From a virus (taxonomy: Duplodnaviria; Caudoviricetes), in IMG/VR virus record IMGVR_UViG_3300020112_002303, positions 38,258-102,257 of that record: a stretch of 64,000 nucleotides of DNA; one strand, given 5' to 3'. Made by a program: the position numbers and the translations under genes. Under the pieces are notes generated by a model. That model ran no database searches and had not been told where the DNA came from. It worked only from the letters and a program-made list of their open reading frames with translations. This document shows, one piece after another, positions 1 to 9,520 of this stretch (positions are counted from its first letter, which is position 1; every line of letters begins with the position of its first letter).

Positions 1-423
1 AGAAGATTTTGTCTCTTTATTGAACTTTGCAAATTCGCAATGTTCACATCCTTGTTCGCTACCGCATCCATCCTCAACTTTTGATTTGCCATCAAAAGAA
101 CGGCAAATAGGAGAATCGCCGCGCTTGAAGTTTTCGGACCACATTGTTCTGTCTTTTCCAAAATAAATAACAGTGATATCCAACTTTTCAAATTGCTTCT
201 GTTCCTCGCCATTAAGTAAGAAACAACCGGCTGACAATTTACCCTTGCTTGCAACTACATCTTTTGATGTAGGTTGTAGTAATGTCATAAATGGAACTCT
301 AATTGCTACATCGGATGCGTCAAGACCATCAAATCCAAGTCCTACAGATTCCATACCTTCGAATTGAGGAAGAATAATTTCCTCAGTGCTTGCTGTTGTC
401 ATTTCTGTGTTTTTTGTTGCCAT
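1..423 (-). CDS. Partial (runs off the window) putative phage ssDNA-binding / recombination-associated protein
   Basis: Not in the ORF track. My translation from ATG 423 (RBS GAAAGGA): MATKNTEM...GFDGLDASDVAIRVPFMTLLQPTS...PICRSFDG...CEHCEF. The GFxGLDxxD..P...LLQxxS and CxSxDG...CxxC pattern resembles phage SSB-like proteins; it lies directly downstream of HU. Confidence 0.5.
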   Translation of the reverse strand, partial: MATKNTEMTTASTEEIILPQFEGMESVGLGFDGLDASDVAIRVPFMTLLQPTSKDVVASKGKLSAGCFLLNGEEQKQFEKLDITVIYFGKDRTMWSENFKRGDSPICRSFDGKSKVEDGCGSEQGCEHCEFAKFNKETKSS

Positions 424-440
424 TTTTCATCTTTCCTTTC

Positions 441-728
441 TTAATTAAAAAGTGCTCTGCCCGAACGAGTAATCTTTACTTTAACAGTGTTATACGGTTC
501 GGTAACAATTTTTTCGCCCGTCTTTGGATTTTTACATTCACGAGACGGTACATTAATCTTAACAAGATATCCGCCCGGGATAAGTACTTTTTCCCCTGCT
601 GATAAATCGCTAATGATTTTTTGTTCGATTTTCTCATAGATTTCTGTCGCCTTAGATGTAGAAATCTGCTGTCCAAGTTCTTCATTCGCAAGATTTTGGA
701 CAAATTTGATTTGCTCTGACTTAGTCAT
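441..728 (-). CDS. hup: HU/IHF-family histone-like DNA-binding protein
   Basis: 95 aa, MTKSE start, helical N-half, beta-arm GEKVLIPGG...PSRECKNPKTGEKIVTEPYNTVKVK typical of HU. Confidence 0.85.
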   Translation of the reverse strand: MTKSEQIKFVQNLANEELGQQISTSKATEIYEKIEQKIISDLSAGEKVLIPGGYLVKINVPSRECKNPKTGEKIVTEPYNTVKVKITRSGRALFN

Positions 729-784
729 TTTTTAAACTCCTAACATAATAAAATAAACAGAAATGCACGAAAGGTACATTTCTG

Positions 785-803
785 TTTTATAGCTTATACG
801 ACT
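785..803 (-). promoter_or_regulatory. Variant copy of phage promoter motif (AGTCGTATAAGCTATAAAA) upstream of HU, followed by a hairpin at about 755-788
   Basis: Matches the TCTCGTATAAGTAATAAAA motif found at five other gene starts. Confidence 0.5.
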
Positions 804-831
804 ATTTTTTTATATTCATTTTTTTTGCAAG

Positions 832-1290
832 CTATTCAATAACTTTTTTAAAAGTGTTTCTTACTTCGGCATCAAAAGCGAACAGAACAGTCATATCCAT
901 TTTTCCGATATCGGTATCTGTTGAAGCTACTGCGGCATCAAATTTATCGAGATCAAACATTTCGATGCATTTTGTGCAAAGTCCAAGTCCATCGGGAAAT
1001 GTTGCAAATTCTTTTTTACATTCGGGGCAAATGACAACTTTGTTTATATCGGTCTTATATTTCTTAATGTCAGAATTATAAAACCAATCGTTTGCATCGA
1101 TAAATTTTCTTATTCCGACTTTTTTAATATCTTCGATAGAATATCCGGTATATTCTTCATATTCTTTTGCTTCATGCTTAGTGAAGTGTCGCCATAATCT
1201 GTCATAATCTTTTTTCTCTCTTCTTATCAATTTGTTGCCGTTTACATATTTGTATTGTACCGGAGAGAATTTAAGTACTTTTTCGCTCAT
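832..1290 (-). CDS. Hypothetical protein with CxxC...CxxC zinc ribbon
   Basis: 152 aa ORF containing CPEC...CTKC, with an RBS upstream. Confidence 0.6.
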   Translation of the reverse strand: MSEKVLKFSPVQYKYVNGNKLIRREKKDYDRLWRHFTKHEAKEYEEYTGYSIEDIKKVGIRKFIDANDWFYNSDIKKYKTDINKVVICPECKKEFATFPDGLGLCTKCIEMFDLDKFDAAVASTDTDIGKMDMTVLFAFDAEVRNTFKKVIE

Positions 1291-1331
1291 TGTTCGTTAC
1301 CTTCTTTTGTTAATTTATTGTTATACAAAGA

Positions 1332-1359
1332 ATATCACATAATTCTATTTATGTAAAGA
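1332..1359. other. dif-like site or operator palindrome in the divergent intergenic region
   Basis: ATATCACATAA-TTCTAT-TTATGTAAAGA has 11-6-11 architecture. It overlaps a possible leftward sigmaA promoter (TTTACA-17-TATTCT). Confidence 0.35.
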
Positions 1360-1466
1360 TATTTTTTAAAACTAACCTTATTTCATTGATTTTTTAAAAT
1401 ATGCTTTATTTTTTTGATAATAGATGTTATACTATAATCAACAAAATTTGTAAGGAGGGTTCTATT

Positions 1467-3791
1467 TTGTCATTTTGTAAAACAACTTCTTTTGAATTGA
1501 ACGGAGATAACACAGAAGTTCTAACAGGCGAATTAAATAAAACTGCTTCGTTTTCTTTGCCTGATGGATTCGTGTATGATCCTGAATATCTTTATTTAAA
1601 AGTAAGAGCTGTTAGTGGTGGAGAATACTGGGGTTGCAATAAGAATTACGATTATTTTCCTTGGGAAGAATTAAAAGCTCAAGCCAATACTTTCTTGTCC
1701 GCTCATGTATTTAAAAATCATGAAAACAAAAAGATTGAAGATGCTATCGGCGATATACTTTCAGTTATAGTTAACGATGAAATGAAATGTGTAGAGCTGA
1801 TAATCAGAATCAGCAAAAGCGTTGCACCATCAATAACTAAAGGGTTTGAAAAAGGATTCATGACCGATGTTAGTATGGGATGCAGAGTAAAATATTCTGT
1901 TTGTTCAATTTGCGGAAACAAAGCAAAAACTAAGGTTGATTTTTGTGACCACATTAAATACGAACGTGGCCGAATCTATGATGACGGAAGACAAGTTTAC
2001 GAAATAAATGTTGAGCCAAAATTTCACGATATATCTGCCGTTCTTAACGGTGCAGAAAAATCGGCAAAAGTATTAGACCTTAAACTTGAAACTTCGGATA
2101 ATGTTAAAATTGATAGACCTATCACATCTATTAAAGTTGCTTGTGAGAATCAAAATGCTCTTGAAAAAGTTGCATCAGAAACTCCAATAAAGAGATTTAC
2201 TTCTCCATTTTATTCTCCCGATATTGAAATGGAACATTTTATAGACAAGGAAGCACATTTAAATAAAATTTCCGAAATATCAAAGAGATTGGATGGAAAA
2301 GTTATTTCCTCATCTATTTCTGAATACAGGGATGATTTAGAAAAAAGATTGGGTAATATTGTTCCTCAACTTAAAATGCTATATGAAGATTTTCTTGATG
2401 AAAGATCCTGTGTTGATATAGGAAGAAAACTTCAGCGAATAGCCGACGAAAATCATTTAACAGAAAATGCTGTGTTCGGAAAATTCCTCGAATGCGCAGA
2501 TTATTGTTCGATAGAATTTTCACCGCTTGAAATTTCACTGATATTCAAATCTCTTATAGGTAAAAAAGTCAGCGAACAAAATCCTGCTCCTGAAATTCCG
2601 CAAAATCTTGATTCCGCGTACTCGGAGAATATTCCGTCAGGCGTCACCTGCACCAAAGTTCTTCGAGCTATTCCGAGAATGCAAACCTCATTACCCGCAC
2701 TATCAAATAGTTCAAATCCTGGAACTGCGGCAAAGATTATTATAATGAAAAGAATTTCAGGCACGCCGAAAGACGATGGTGTCGACACAGTTCGGAATAT
2801 TTCTCCGATACTTGATATCCTTCGTCCTCTTATGGAAAGTCGTAGTATGCAAGCACAGTTCTTAGGGCCTCGTCTTACGAAGATGGCTTCTGAAAAGAGG
2901 AAACCAAATTTTGCAAGAGCTTCTAAGCATTTTGCTCCCATTCTGAAACTCAACAATCCTATATTTAAAACGGCTTCTGATATTGAAGATTTTGTAACAG
3001 GATATGCTTGGGCTGCTTACGAAAAAGAAAGAGAAGTAAGAGCGATGTCAAACAACTTTGACAGTAACGCAGAAAAAATCGCTTGCTTAATGGATGATGA
3101 ATGCTTATCAAAACAAGCATCAGCTTTTACAAAATCATTAACTATTGGTGTTCCTGCCGCATATGCTTATTCTGCTTGGCAAAGAGCAAGAATGAGAAAC
3201 GGCAAGAAAGTATCGAGTATAAACAGAGCTATTGCAGAGAATCCTGATGGAACAGCCATGACTCAATTTTTAGCCGTAAACGGCGCCGCTAAATTTTTAA
3301 ATAAAAATAAAACAGGTCAAGCAATAAAGAGTGGTGCAACCGGTATCGGTCGTGCGGTAAAAAGCGGAATAACTAACAATAAAATCGTAAAAGGCATTAC
3401 AAATAAGATTCCAAAAGTTGCATTTGAAAAAAATATTATTGAAAATTCGTCTTTGGTATTGAATAATTCTGATATTGACGATATAATGATAAAAGAGGGT
3501 TATACTATTGACGATGTCAAGGCTATTAAAGCAAGTATTGTTTTCAACGAACTCAAAAAGGACGATTTAGCTGGAGATGTTTTGAAAAAAGCATCGTTAA
3601 ATGAGGAAGATGTTAAAAATTACTTGCATTCCGCCAAAGACTTTGTTAAAATAAACCTTGAGAAAAATGCTCAACTTATATCTGATATGTCCTGCGGTAA
3701 ATTAGGAGATGGAGATATGTTGGATATTGGAATGTTATCGAAACTATACGATATTAAAAAAACATTTTTCAAAAAACCGAAAGGAGAATAA
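1467..3791 (+). CDS. Capsid maturation (prohead) protease with long C-terminal extension
   Basis: First gene of the head module. Motifs NxNxDxF, FKNHEN (His), DVSMGC (Ser), CSICGN..CDH, FHDISAV fit assemblin/HK97-type protease architecture. Start moved to TTG 1467 (RBS AAGGAGG). Many K-x-A motifs. Confidence 0.75.
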   Translation: MSFCKTTSFELNGDNTEVLTGELNKTASFSLPDGFVYDPEYLYLKVRAVSGGEYWGCNKNYDYFPWEELKAQANTFLSAHVFKNHENKKIEDAIGDILSVIVNDEMKCVELIIRISKSVAPSITKGFEKGFMTDVSMGCRVKYSVCSICGNKAKTKVDFCDHIKYERGRIYDDGRQVYEINVEPKFHDISAVLNGAEKSAKVLDLKLETSDNVKIDRPITSIKVACENQNALEKVASETPIKRFTSPFYSPDIEMEHFIDKEAHLNKISEISKRLDGKVISSSISEYRDDLEKRLGNIVPQLKMLYEDFLDERSCVDIGRKLQRIADENHLTENAVFGKFLECADYCSIEFSPLEISLIFKSLIGKKVSEQNPAPEIPQNLDSAYSENIPSGVTCTKVLRAIPRMQTSLPALSNSSNPGTAAKIIIMKRISGTPKDDGVDTVRNISPILDILRPLMESRSMQAQFLGPRLTKMASEKRKPNFARASKHFAPILKLNNPIFKTASDIEDFVTGYAWAAYEKEREVRAMSNNFDSNAEKIACLMDDECLSKQASAFTKSLTIGVPAAYAYSAWQRARMRNGKKVSSINRAIAENPDGTAMTQFLAVNGAAKFLNKNKTGQAIKSGATGIGRAVKSGITNNKIVKGITNKIPKVAFEKNIIENSSLVLNNSDIDDIMIKEGYTIDDVKAIKASIVFNELKKDDLAGDVLKKASLNEEDVKNYLHSAKDFVKINLEKNAQLISDMSCGKLGDGDMLDIGMLSKLYDIKKTFFKKPKGE

Positions 3792-3795
3792 TTTC

Positions 3796-4368
3796 ATGGA
3801 TGCAAAAAATTCTATGCTCTCTGCATTTGAATCTCTTGGGTTAGATCCAAACTATTCTAATGTATCAGAGAAAACAGCAGACGAAATCGAAGACGATGTT
3901 GAGGTCGTTGACGACAATATCGATCTTGCCGGTTATTTAAAATTTGCAGAAAGTCTCTCAGAAGCTGCAGAAGATGACGGCGACGATTCCGATGTTAACG
4001 AAGGCGCTGATGATGACAATGATGATGATGTAGTTATCGAAAACGCTGACGAAGGCGACGAAAGCGTTGCTGACGAAGGTGCTGACGAAGGTGCTGACGA
4101 AGGTGCTGACGAAGGCGAAGGTGCTGATGTTGAGGCTTCGGAAAGTGATGCCGAGGTTGAAAAGTTTGCTTACGAAGTGATCGAAACAAAGATGGATATG
4201 TTAGGTCTTTCTTTGAAAGATTATGTAGAACGTCAAATTCAAAATGAAGTTCTTGCTGAAACAATCTCTGTTGATGCTGAGAAAGTTGCTTCTGTTACTC
4301 AAGTGTCTCCGTATAAAGTTGCGGACGATATGATTGATGCTTTGATTTCAAAATTGTCACAGTCTTAA
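3796..4368 (+). CDS. Acidic scaffold/internal head protein
   Basis: Lies between protease and capsid genes, very D/E-rich, ADEG repeats, five K-x-A motifs. Start ATG 3796 (RBS AAGGAG). Confidence 0.55.
   Translation: MDAKNSMLSAFESLGLDPNYSNVSEKTADEIEDDVEVVDDNIDLAGYLKFAESLSEAAEDDGDDSDVNEGADDDNDDDVVIENADEGDESVADEGADEGADEGADEGEGADVEASESDAEVEKFAYEVIETKMDMLGLSLKDYVERQIQNEVLAETISVDAEKVASVTQVSPYKVADDMIDALISKLSQS
4069..4116 (+). repeat. Coding 12-bp tandem repeat GCTGACGAAGGY x4 (ADEG)
   Basis: Read directly from the sequence. Confidence 0.9.
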
Positions 4369-4384
4369 AAGGCGGTGACGGTTC

Positions 4385-4831
4385 ATGAAAAAGAGGCAAA
4401 AAAACCTTGTACGAATGTCTGATCTTCAAGGTCTTTTAAAAAAAGCTTCTGTAGCAGTGAACGAATTAACAAGCGAATTAGCGAAGTACAAAGATGCTTA
4501 CGAAAAAAAGGTTGTAGAAAATCAATCTTTAAGATTAGAAGCCAAAAGACTTCGTGAAGAGCTATCTAAGATCAAAAAGCGTTCGTATGTAGATAGTCTT
4601 ATTGGTGAAATGGTCGATAAGAGACTTGTTAAACCGAGTCAAAAAGAGGTTAGAGCTTCGGAACTTATGGACATGGACAACAGTTCACTTGAAGCACTAA
4701 AGAATGCTATTGATTCTGTTGAAAAGCTAAATACCGAAAAACTCGGAGTTCAAAGCTTTCAGTATCTTTTTGATGAGAATCCCGGATACGAAGAAAAAGA
4801 AGACATGCTAACAAATTTTAGTAGAAATTAA
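4385..4831 (+). CDS. Coiled-coil scaffold-like protein
   Basis: Heptad-rich 148 aa, head module position, LKKAS motif. Confidence 0.5.
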   Translation: MKKRQKNLVRMSDLQGLLKKASVAVNELTSELAKYKDAYEKKVVENQSLRLEAKRLREELSKIKKRSYVDSLIGEMVDKRLVKPSQKEVRASELMDMDNSSLEALKNAIDSVEKLNTEKLGVQSFQYLFDENPGYEEKEDMLTNFSRN

Positions 4832-4846
4832 GCGAGGTAGAAAATA

Positions 4847-5446
4847 ATGATTAAACCTGCAAACAGATTTGATAATTATACTTACAGGGTATCAGAGTAT
4901 AATGTTGCAAGTTCCCTTTTGGGTTCTACGCTCGAAGCAGGAACATTTGTTAAGGTTAACTCTAATCACGAGTTAATTAAGGCAACTGGTGCTTCAGGTG
5001 AAAAAGCATTCATTATGACATCCTCTGAAGTAGTCGGAAGAGATACTCTTACCGGAAGAGCAACTTGTAAGGGCAATATCCTTATGGGTGCTCATATTCT
5101 TGATACCGATCAGTTTGATAAAACCGAAGGTGTTACTTATGCGCCGGGCAAGGCATTAAAAGTGTCTGCAAACGGTATTCTTACACCTGTAACAATAGCC
5201 GTTTATAATGCTGTAACAGGTGAAACCGCTCCTGAATGGGTAGCAAATACCTATTATTCAAAGAGTGGCAACGCATATATTTTGACAACTGAACAGCCTG
5301 CTGATTGGGCAACAACCTATACATCTTATTATACAAAGTCAATAGTGGATGGTGTTGATGCTTCAATCGTAAAAGGCACAATTGTTGCTTATGCTCTTTC
5401 CGGAGTACAAAGCGACGGCACAATTAGGGTTTATATTTTGCCGTAA
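4847..5446 (+). CDS. Capsid decoration/cement protein paralogue 1, with inserted Trp/Tyr repeat module
   Basis: Immediately upstream of the capsid gene; clear paralogue of 5502..5975 (NRxDxYxYRxS...GEKxF...GRD...G+Q.D.TIRVYILP). Confidence 0.6.
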   Translation: MIKPANRFDNYTYRVSEYNVASSLLGSTLEAGTFVKVNSNHELIKATGASGEKAFIMTSSEVVGRDTLTGRATCKGNILMGAHILDTDQFDKTEGVTYAPGKALKVSANGILTPVTIAVYNAVTGETAPEWVANTYYSKSGNAYILTTEQPADWATTYTSYYTKSIVDGVDASIVKGTIVAYALSGVQSDGTIRVYILP

Positions 5447-5501
5447 GGTAAAGTTTTAAACAAATAAAATATTTAAAAACAAAAAATAAGGAGGAACCTC
5501 A

Positions 5502-5975
5502 ATGATTCAATTTAGTAATCGTTATGATGCATATGCTTACAGAAATTCTCAGTTTCCACTCTCAGAAGCTCTTAAGGGTTCAAATTTCGAGGCTGGTATT
5601 TTTGTAACATTAAATGCTAACGGAGAACTCGTTTTGCCAACAGACGCAGGCACCGCAGGCGGTGGCTCAGCAACAGGCGTTAAAGTGGCAGGCGAAAAAG
5701 TATTCATGCTCACAACCTCAAAGGTTGCAGGTCGTGATCTCGTTTCTGGCAAGGCAACCACAAAGGGTAATGTACTTATGGGTGCATTTATCGCTGCTAC
5801 TAACCAGTACGATGCAACAGGAACTTATGCTCCTGGCACCGCTCTTACAGTTAAGCCTGATGGCAAACTCAAGCCAATCACTCCTACAGCAAGTGTTGTA
5901 GAAGGTGATATTGTCGGCTATTGCGTATCCGGCGTTCAAGAAGATAGCACAATCAGAGTTTACATCTTACCATAA
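5502..5975 (+). CDS. Capsid decoration/cement protein paralogue 2
   Basis: Paralogue of the previous gene; Gly/Thr-rich beta protein directly before the capsid gene. Confidence 0.6.
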   Translation: MIQFSNRYDAYAYRNSQFPLSEALKGSNFEAGIFVTLNANGELVLPTDAGTAGGGSATGVKVAGEKVFMLTTSKVAGRDLVSGKATTKGNVLMGAFIAATNQYDATGTYAPGTALTVKPDGKLKPITPTASVVEGDIVGYCVSGVQEDSTIRVYILP

Positions 5976-6006
5976 ATAATATTTATTAGAAAGGAACGTG
6001 TCCAAT

Positions 6007-7071
6007 ATGGCAAATACAAGAATTAAGACAGCTTCAGAGACTGTCAGCGCAGATTACAATATCGCAAGAATGCTTGAAGAGCCCGATGGTTTTAACAAGA
6101 TCGCTCTTGAAAAGCTTCCCCCATTCATTCGTGAACTTCGTGATTATGAGGCTTTCGGTAGAAAGATTCTTATGACTCACAATGTTTCTTCTGAAGACCT
6201 TCACCTCATTGATGGTGAACCTTATGTTTACTATCCGAAGGATCAAAATGCTCATGCGGCATTCTTCGGTGATGATGCAGAGACTCCTCGTTACCAAGTT
6301 GAAGGCGACGGCGTTAATGTTGGTATTATGACCATCATTTCCGACAACCACACCATTCATCTTAAGAGATTGATGGTTCAAAAGTATCAATATCTTGAGC
6401 GTGTTCGTGAGCTTTCTGCTCAATCTATGGTTAAGGCTGAAGACCTTAAGATTATTGAACTTACCGAGCGTTTGCTCATGGGTAACGGCGGCGACGGTGC
6501 TACCGGCCACTCAGCTCCTGCTAATGCTGGCCAAATCGCAACAACTACATCTACCGTACTCCAAAAGAATGATCTTATCGGTCTTATGCAAAAGATTTCT
6601 CAGAACGACATCCCTGTTGGTGCTTTCGTAATGAACCAAGCTACTATCCAAGACACTCTTAAGTGGGGCTTTGGTACTACCGGTTCTGATATCGACCAGC
6701 TCACACAGAGAGAGATGCTCGAAACCGGCGTTAAGTATAAGTTCTGGAATATCCCGATGGTTACATCTCGTATTATCCCAAGAACTCTCGTATACTGCTA
6801 TGCTGACAAGGAATTTGTTGGCCGTATGCCAATCCTTAAGGACTTGACCGTTGAACTCACCAATACTTCTACTCGTCTTGAAAAGGGTTTGTTTATGTAT
6901 GAGTTCGTAGGTATGTACCTTGCTTCTCAAAAGGCAGTTGCAAAACTTATCATCGGCTTTACTGACGGCGACAAGAAGATTCACCTTACTAGCGATGCTG
7001 AAGGTGTTTATGCTCGTGAAATGGAAATTATCAAAGACATCAAGGGTTACGGCTCTCGCGAAGGTCGCTAA
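6007..7071 (+). CDS. Major capsid protein (HK97 fold)
   Basis: About 354 aa, followed by a terminator. PFIRELRDYEAFGRKIL, ..SMVKAEDLKII.., FVMN and YEFVGM segments fit HK97/encapsulin-like MCPs. ATG 6007 has better RBS spacing than GTG 5998. N-terminus MANTRIKTAS. Confidence 0.85.
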   Translation: MANTRIKTASETVSADYNIARMLEEPDGFNKIALEKLPPFIRELRDYEAFGRKILMTHNVSSEDLHLIDGEPYVYYPKDQNAHAAFFGDDAETPRYQVEGDGVNVGIMTIISDNHTIHLKRLMVQKYQYLERVRELSAQSMVKAEDLKIIELTERLLMGNGGDGATGHSAPANAGQIATTTSTVLQKNDLIGLMQKISQNDIPVGAFVMNQATIQDTLKWGFGTTGSDIDQLTQREMLETGVKYKFWNIPMVTSRIIPRTLVYCYADKEFVGRMPILKDLTVELTNTSTRLEKGLFMYEFVGMYLASQKAVAKLIIGFTDGDKKIHLTSDAEGVYAREMEIIKDIKGYGSREGR

Positions 7072-7106
7072 TTTAACACCATAATTTATCATAAGCGAGT
7101 TTTGAT

Positions 7107-7141
7107 TACGAGAGCAGGGATTTTCCTTGCTCTCGTATTTT
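7107..7141 (+). terminator. Rho-independent terminator after the capsid gene
   Basis: TACGAGAGCAGGGA-TTT-TCCTTGCTCTCGTA followed by TTTT. Confidence 0.7.
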
Positions 7142-7166
7142 AAAATAACAACAAAGGAGAACAATT

Positions 7167-7595
7167 ATGATTACAATTAAAGTAAAATATATCGGCAATG
7201 ACGAAGAAGGAATTCTTATTGGCGGAGAACTTTGTCGACCAGGAAAAGTGAGAGAAGTCACTATTGATGAAGAACAATTGGAAGTTCTCAAGAAAGCGAC
7301 GAAGAGAGTTCCTCCGTGGATTGAATTAACTGATTACGATGTAGCTGTTGCCGAAGAAACTGTTGAAAAAACTGTTGAAGAACCGGTTGTTGAAGAAACA
7401 GTTGTTGAAGAAACAGTTGTTGAAGAAACAGTTGTTGAAGAAACAGTTGTTGAAGAAACAGTTGTTGAAGAAACAGTTGAAGAAACAGTTGAAGAAACAG
7501 TTGAAGAAACAGTTGATGAACCGGCTGTTGAAGAAGTAGCTACTGAAAAAGTAGCCGAAGAAGCTCCGAAGACCAAAAAAGGTCGCAAAAAATAA
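7167..7595 (+). CDS. Small virion-associated protein with (VVEET)n acidic tract and basic tail
   Basis: RBS AAAGGAG; post-capsid position; low-complexity tract; ends APKTKKGRKK. Confidence 0.6.
   Translation: MITIKVKYIGNDEEGILIGGELCRPGKVREVTIDEEQLEVLKKATKRVPPWIELTDYDVAVAEETVEKTVEEPVVEETVVEETVVEETVVEETVVEETVVEETVEETVEETVEETVDEPAVEEVATEKVAEEAPKTKKGRKK
7386..7511 (+). repeat. Coding tandem repeat: GTTGTTGAAGAAACA x6 then GTTGAAGAAACA x3
   Basis: Read directly from the sequence; in frame within 7167..7595. Confidence 0.9.
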
Positions 7596-7608
7596 ATGAA
7601 AGAAATCG

Positions 7609-8193
7609 GTGTTAAATATGATTGCTGAAATAAATAAGGTTTTTTCGGTATCTTTTTTAGTCACTGATAGCGCGGGGCAGTCTGTAACTAACGATTGCCC
7701 CGTTTTGACTATTAGAAATGCGCAAACAAACAAGTACTTTAATGGAGTTTCTTGGTCTGATTCCCCGTCCGAATTATCAATGAATCGTTTATCAGTATCG
7801 GGCGGCGTCTATACTTGTTCGTTTACTCCTAATATATCGGGAGAATACGATATAAAATGTACAAGTAAAGATTACGGAGTAGAATCATTTTGCAGTATCA
7901 ATGTAGGGCTATCAGATAGCGAACCATACACTCAAAGTTTGAACCTATCTGAAGTATCGATAGGAAGTTTTAATTTTGATAACGGAAAAGATACTAACAG
8001 TGTAATAAAAACTCTCGGAAACAATCCTCTTGGTGGAGTAAAAATATCATGTATCAATGCTAACGGTGGTATTACGGCAAGTTCGCTATCAACCTCTGGT
8101 GGAGAATGGGCAATGTCAATTCCTCACGGTACATATACTTTTATATTCGAAAAAGACGGATTCATATCAAAGAGTTATGTGAGGACGGTGTAA
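7609..8193 (+). CDS. Virion protein with Ig-like / carboxypeptidase-regulatory-like beta domains
   Basis: GVYTCSFTP..SGEYDI and PLGGVKI...GEW...IPHGTYTFIFEKDGF patterns. Confidence 0.5.
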   Translation: MLNMIAEINKVFSVSFLVTDSAGQSVTNDCPVLTIRNAQTNKYFNGVSWSDSPSELSMNRLSVSGGVYTCSFTPNISGEYDIKCTSKDYGVESFCSINVGLSDSEPYTQSLNLSEVSIGSFNFDNGKDTNSVIKTLGNNPLGGVKISCINANGGITASSLSTSGGEWAMSIPHGTYTFIFEKDGFISKSYVRTV

Positions 8194-8196
8194 AAA

Positions 8197-8727
8197 ATGC
8201 CAATATATTTAGAAAGAATAAGTGATATATCCGGCAATTATACACCGGAAGAAAAAGAAATATTGCTTTCCTTAACCGAATCGTTCAGGTTGATTATTGC
8301 TGATGATGATGCAACGAAAAATATTCTTAATAAACAAAAACTTACGTACACGAATAAAAAAATAATAAGTTTACTTGAAAGAGCAGTTTCCGATATAAAT
8401 GTTTCCGCTCCAATGACTAAATATTCTCTTTTTGATATTTATTTTAAATCGGGAGAGATGTTGATAGTTAAAGGTGCAGTAATATTTGCGTTATTGTCTG
8501 AAGGTCTTCTTCAAACAAAGAATCAAACGAATTTTAATGACTCAGGATTAAGTATAAACTTTTTTGACAAAACCCCATTATATCAGAGTTGGTTAGGAAT
8601 GCTTGTTAATGACTATCTATCTCTTAAAAACGAGTTTAAGTCAAGCGTTATTGCCTCGTCTCCAAATTCAGGATTCTATGGTGTAACATCAGAATTCGGC
8701 TACGGACCATTTGCATGGTGGAGGTAA
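8197..8727 (+). CDS. Putative head-tail adaptor (neck) protein
   Basis: Position between head and sheath genes; helical 176 aa. Confidence 0.45.
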   Translation: MPIYLERISDISGNYTPEEKEILLSLTESFRLIIADDDATKNILNKQKLTYTNKKIISLLERAVSDINVSAPMTKYSLFDIYFKSGEMLIVKGAVIFALLSEGLLQTKNQTNFNDSGLSINFFDKTPLYQSWLGMLVNDYLSLKNEFKSSVIASSPNSGFYGVTSEFGYGPFAWWR

Positions 8728-8730
8728 GCG

Positions 8731-9519
8731 ATGATTAAAATATCTAACCTTCAAGTTACAAATAGATTCAGTCTTGATTTTTTAGTTATAATGTTTGATA
8801 TTCTTGATACCGAAGAAAAACTGAGTGATTACCGCTTAGATTTATATCGGTCAAATGGCCCGGAAGGTCCGTTTGAAATGGCAGGACACAACTTAAAAAC
8901 AACATCGTATAAAGATTACGATGTAAATTTAAAAAATGATGATATTGAATATTACTATAAAATAAATGTTGTTCGTTTAAGAGATGGTTTTTCCGAATTC
9001 ACAGAAACGGTTAGATATATTACAAGTCCGGTAAATAATTACACATTTTTTATTAAATGGAATTATGACAAATACCTTGATGACATCGTTGATAATGGAA
9101 ATTTCTATTTGATGAAAAAAATTCGTTCAGGCCAACTTTGTCCTTATACTGACGAAGTTAGGGGTGCTTGTAAAAATCCTCGTTGTACAGAATGTTATGG
9201 GACAGGATATCTTTATGGGTATTATGCTCCGATAAAAATAAAAATATCGTTTCAAGCTCCTTCACAAGAAAATGAATCTGTGAACAGAATAGGAATTACC
9301 AATGATGATGCTCCTTATCAAGTATGGTGCGGTTCATATCCTATAATAGCTGTTGGTGATATTCTTGTCGGAACAAATCAGCTCGGTGGCAGATATAAAG
9401 TTATATCTGTAACCCAGACAACATATCAAAATTTAGTTGTCAGCCAGAGAGTTGTAATGCAAACAATCGCTCCAACAGATATAGCATATTCAATTCCAAT
9501 GGAAAGAGAGGGATTTTAG
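8731..9519 (+). CDS. Putative neck/head-closure protein with FN3-like N-terminus and Cys cluster
   Basis: LYRS.GPEGPF...YYYKI followed by CP..C..PRCTECYGTGY..GYY; neck position. Confidence 0.5.
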   Translation: MIKISNLQVTNRFSLDFLVIMFDILDTEEKLSDYRLDLYRSNGPEGPFEMAGHNLKTTSYKDYDVNLKNDDIEYYYKINVVRLRDGFSEFTETVRYITSPVNNYTFFIKWNYDKYLDDIVDNGNFYLMKKIRSGQLCPYTDEVRGACKNPRCTECYGTGYLYGYYAPIKIKISFQAPSQENESVNRIGITNDDAPYQVWCGSYPIIAVGDILVGTNQLGGRYKVISVTQTTYQNLVVSQRVVMQTIAPTDIAYSIPMEREGF

Positions 9520-9520
9520 T

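Noticed and set aside
7131-7166. TCTCGTAT in the post-capsid hairpin as another copy of the phage promoter motif
   Set aside because: The match stops after 8 nt, lacks AAGTAATAAAA and is explained by the terminator stem.
7386-7511. Tandem repeats as a CRISPR array (also 4069-4116)
   Set aside because: The units are contiguous with no spacers, are multiples of 3 and encode VVEET/ADEG in frame; no cas genes.
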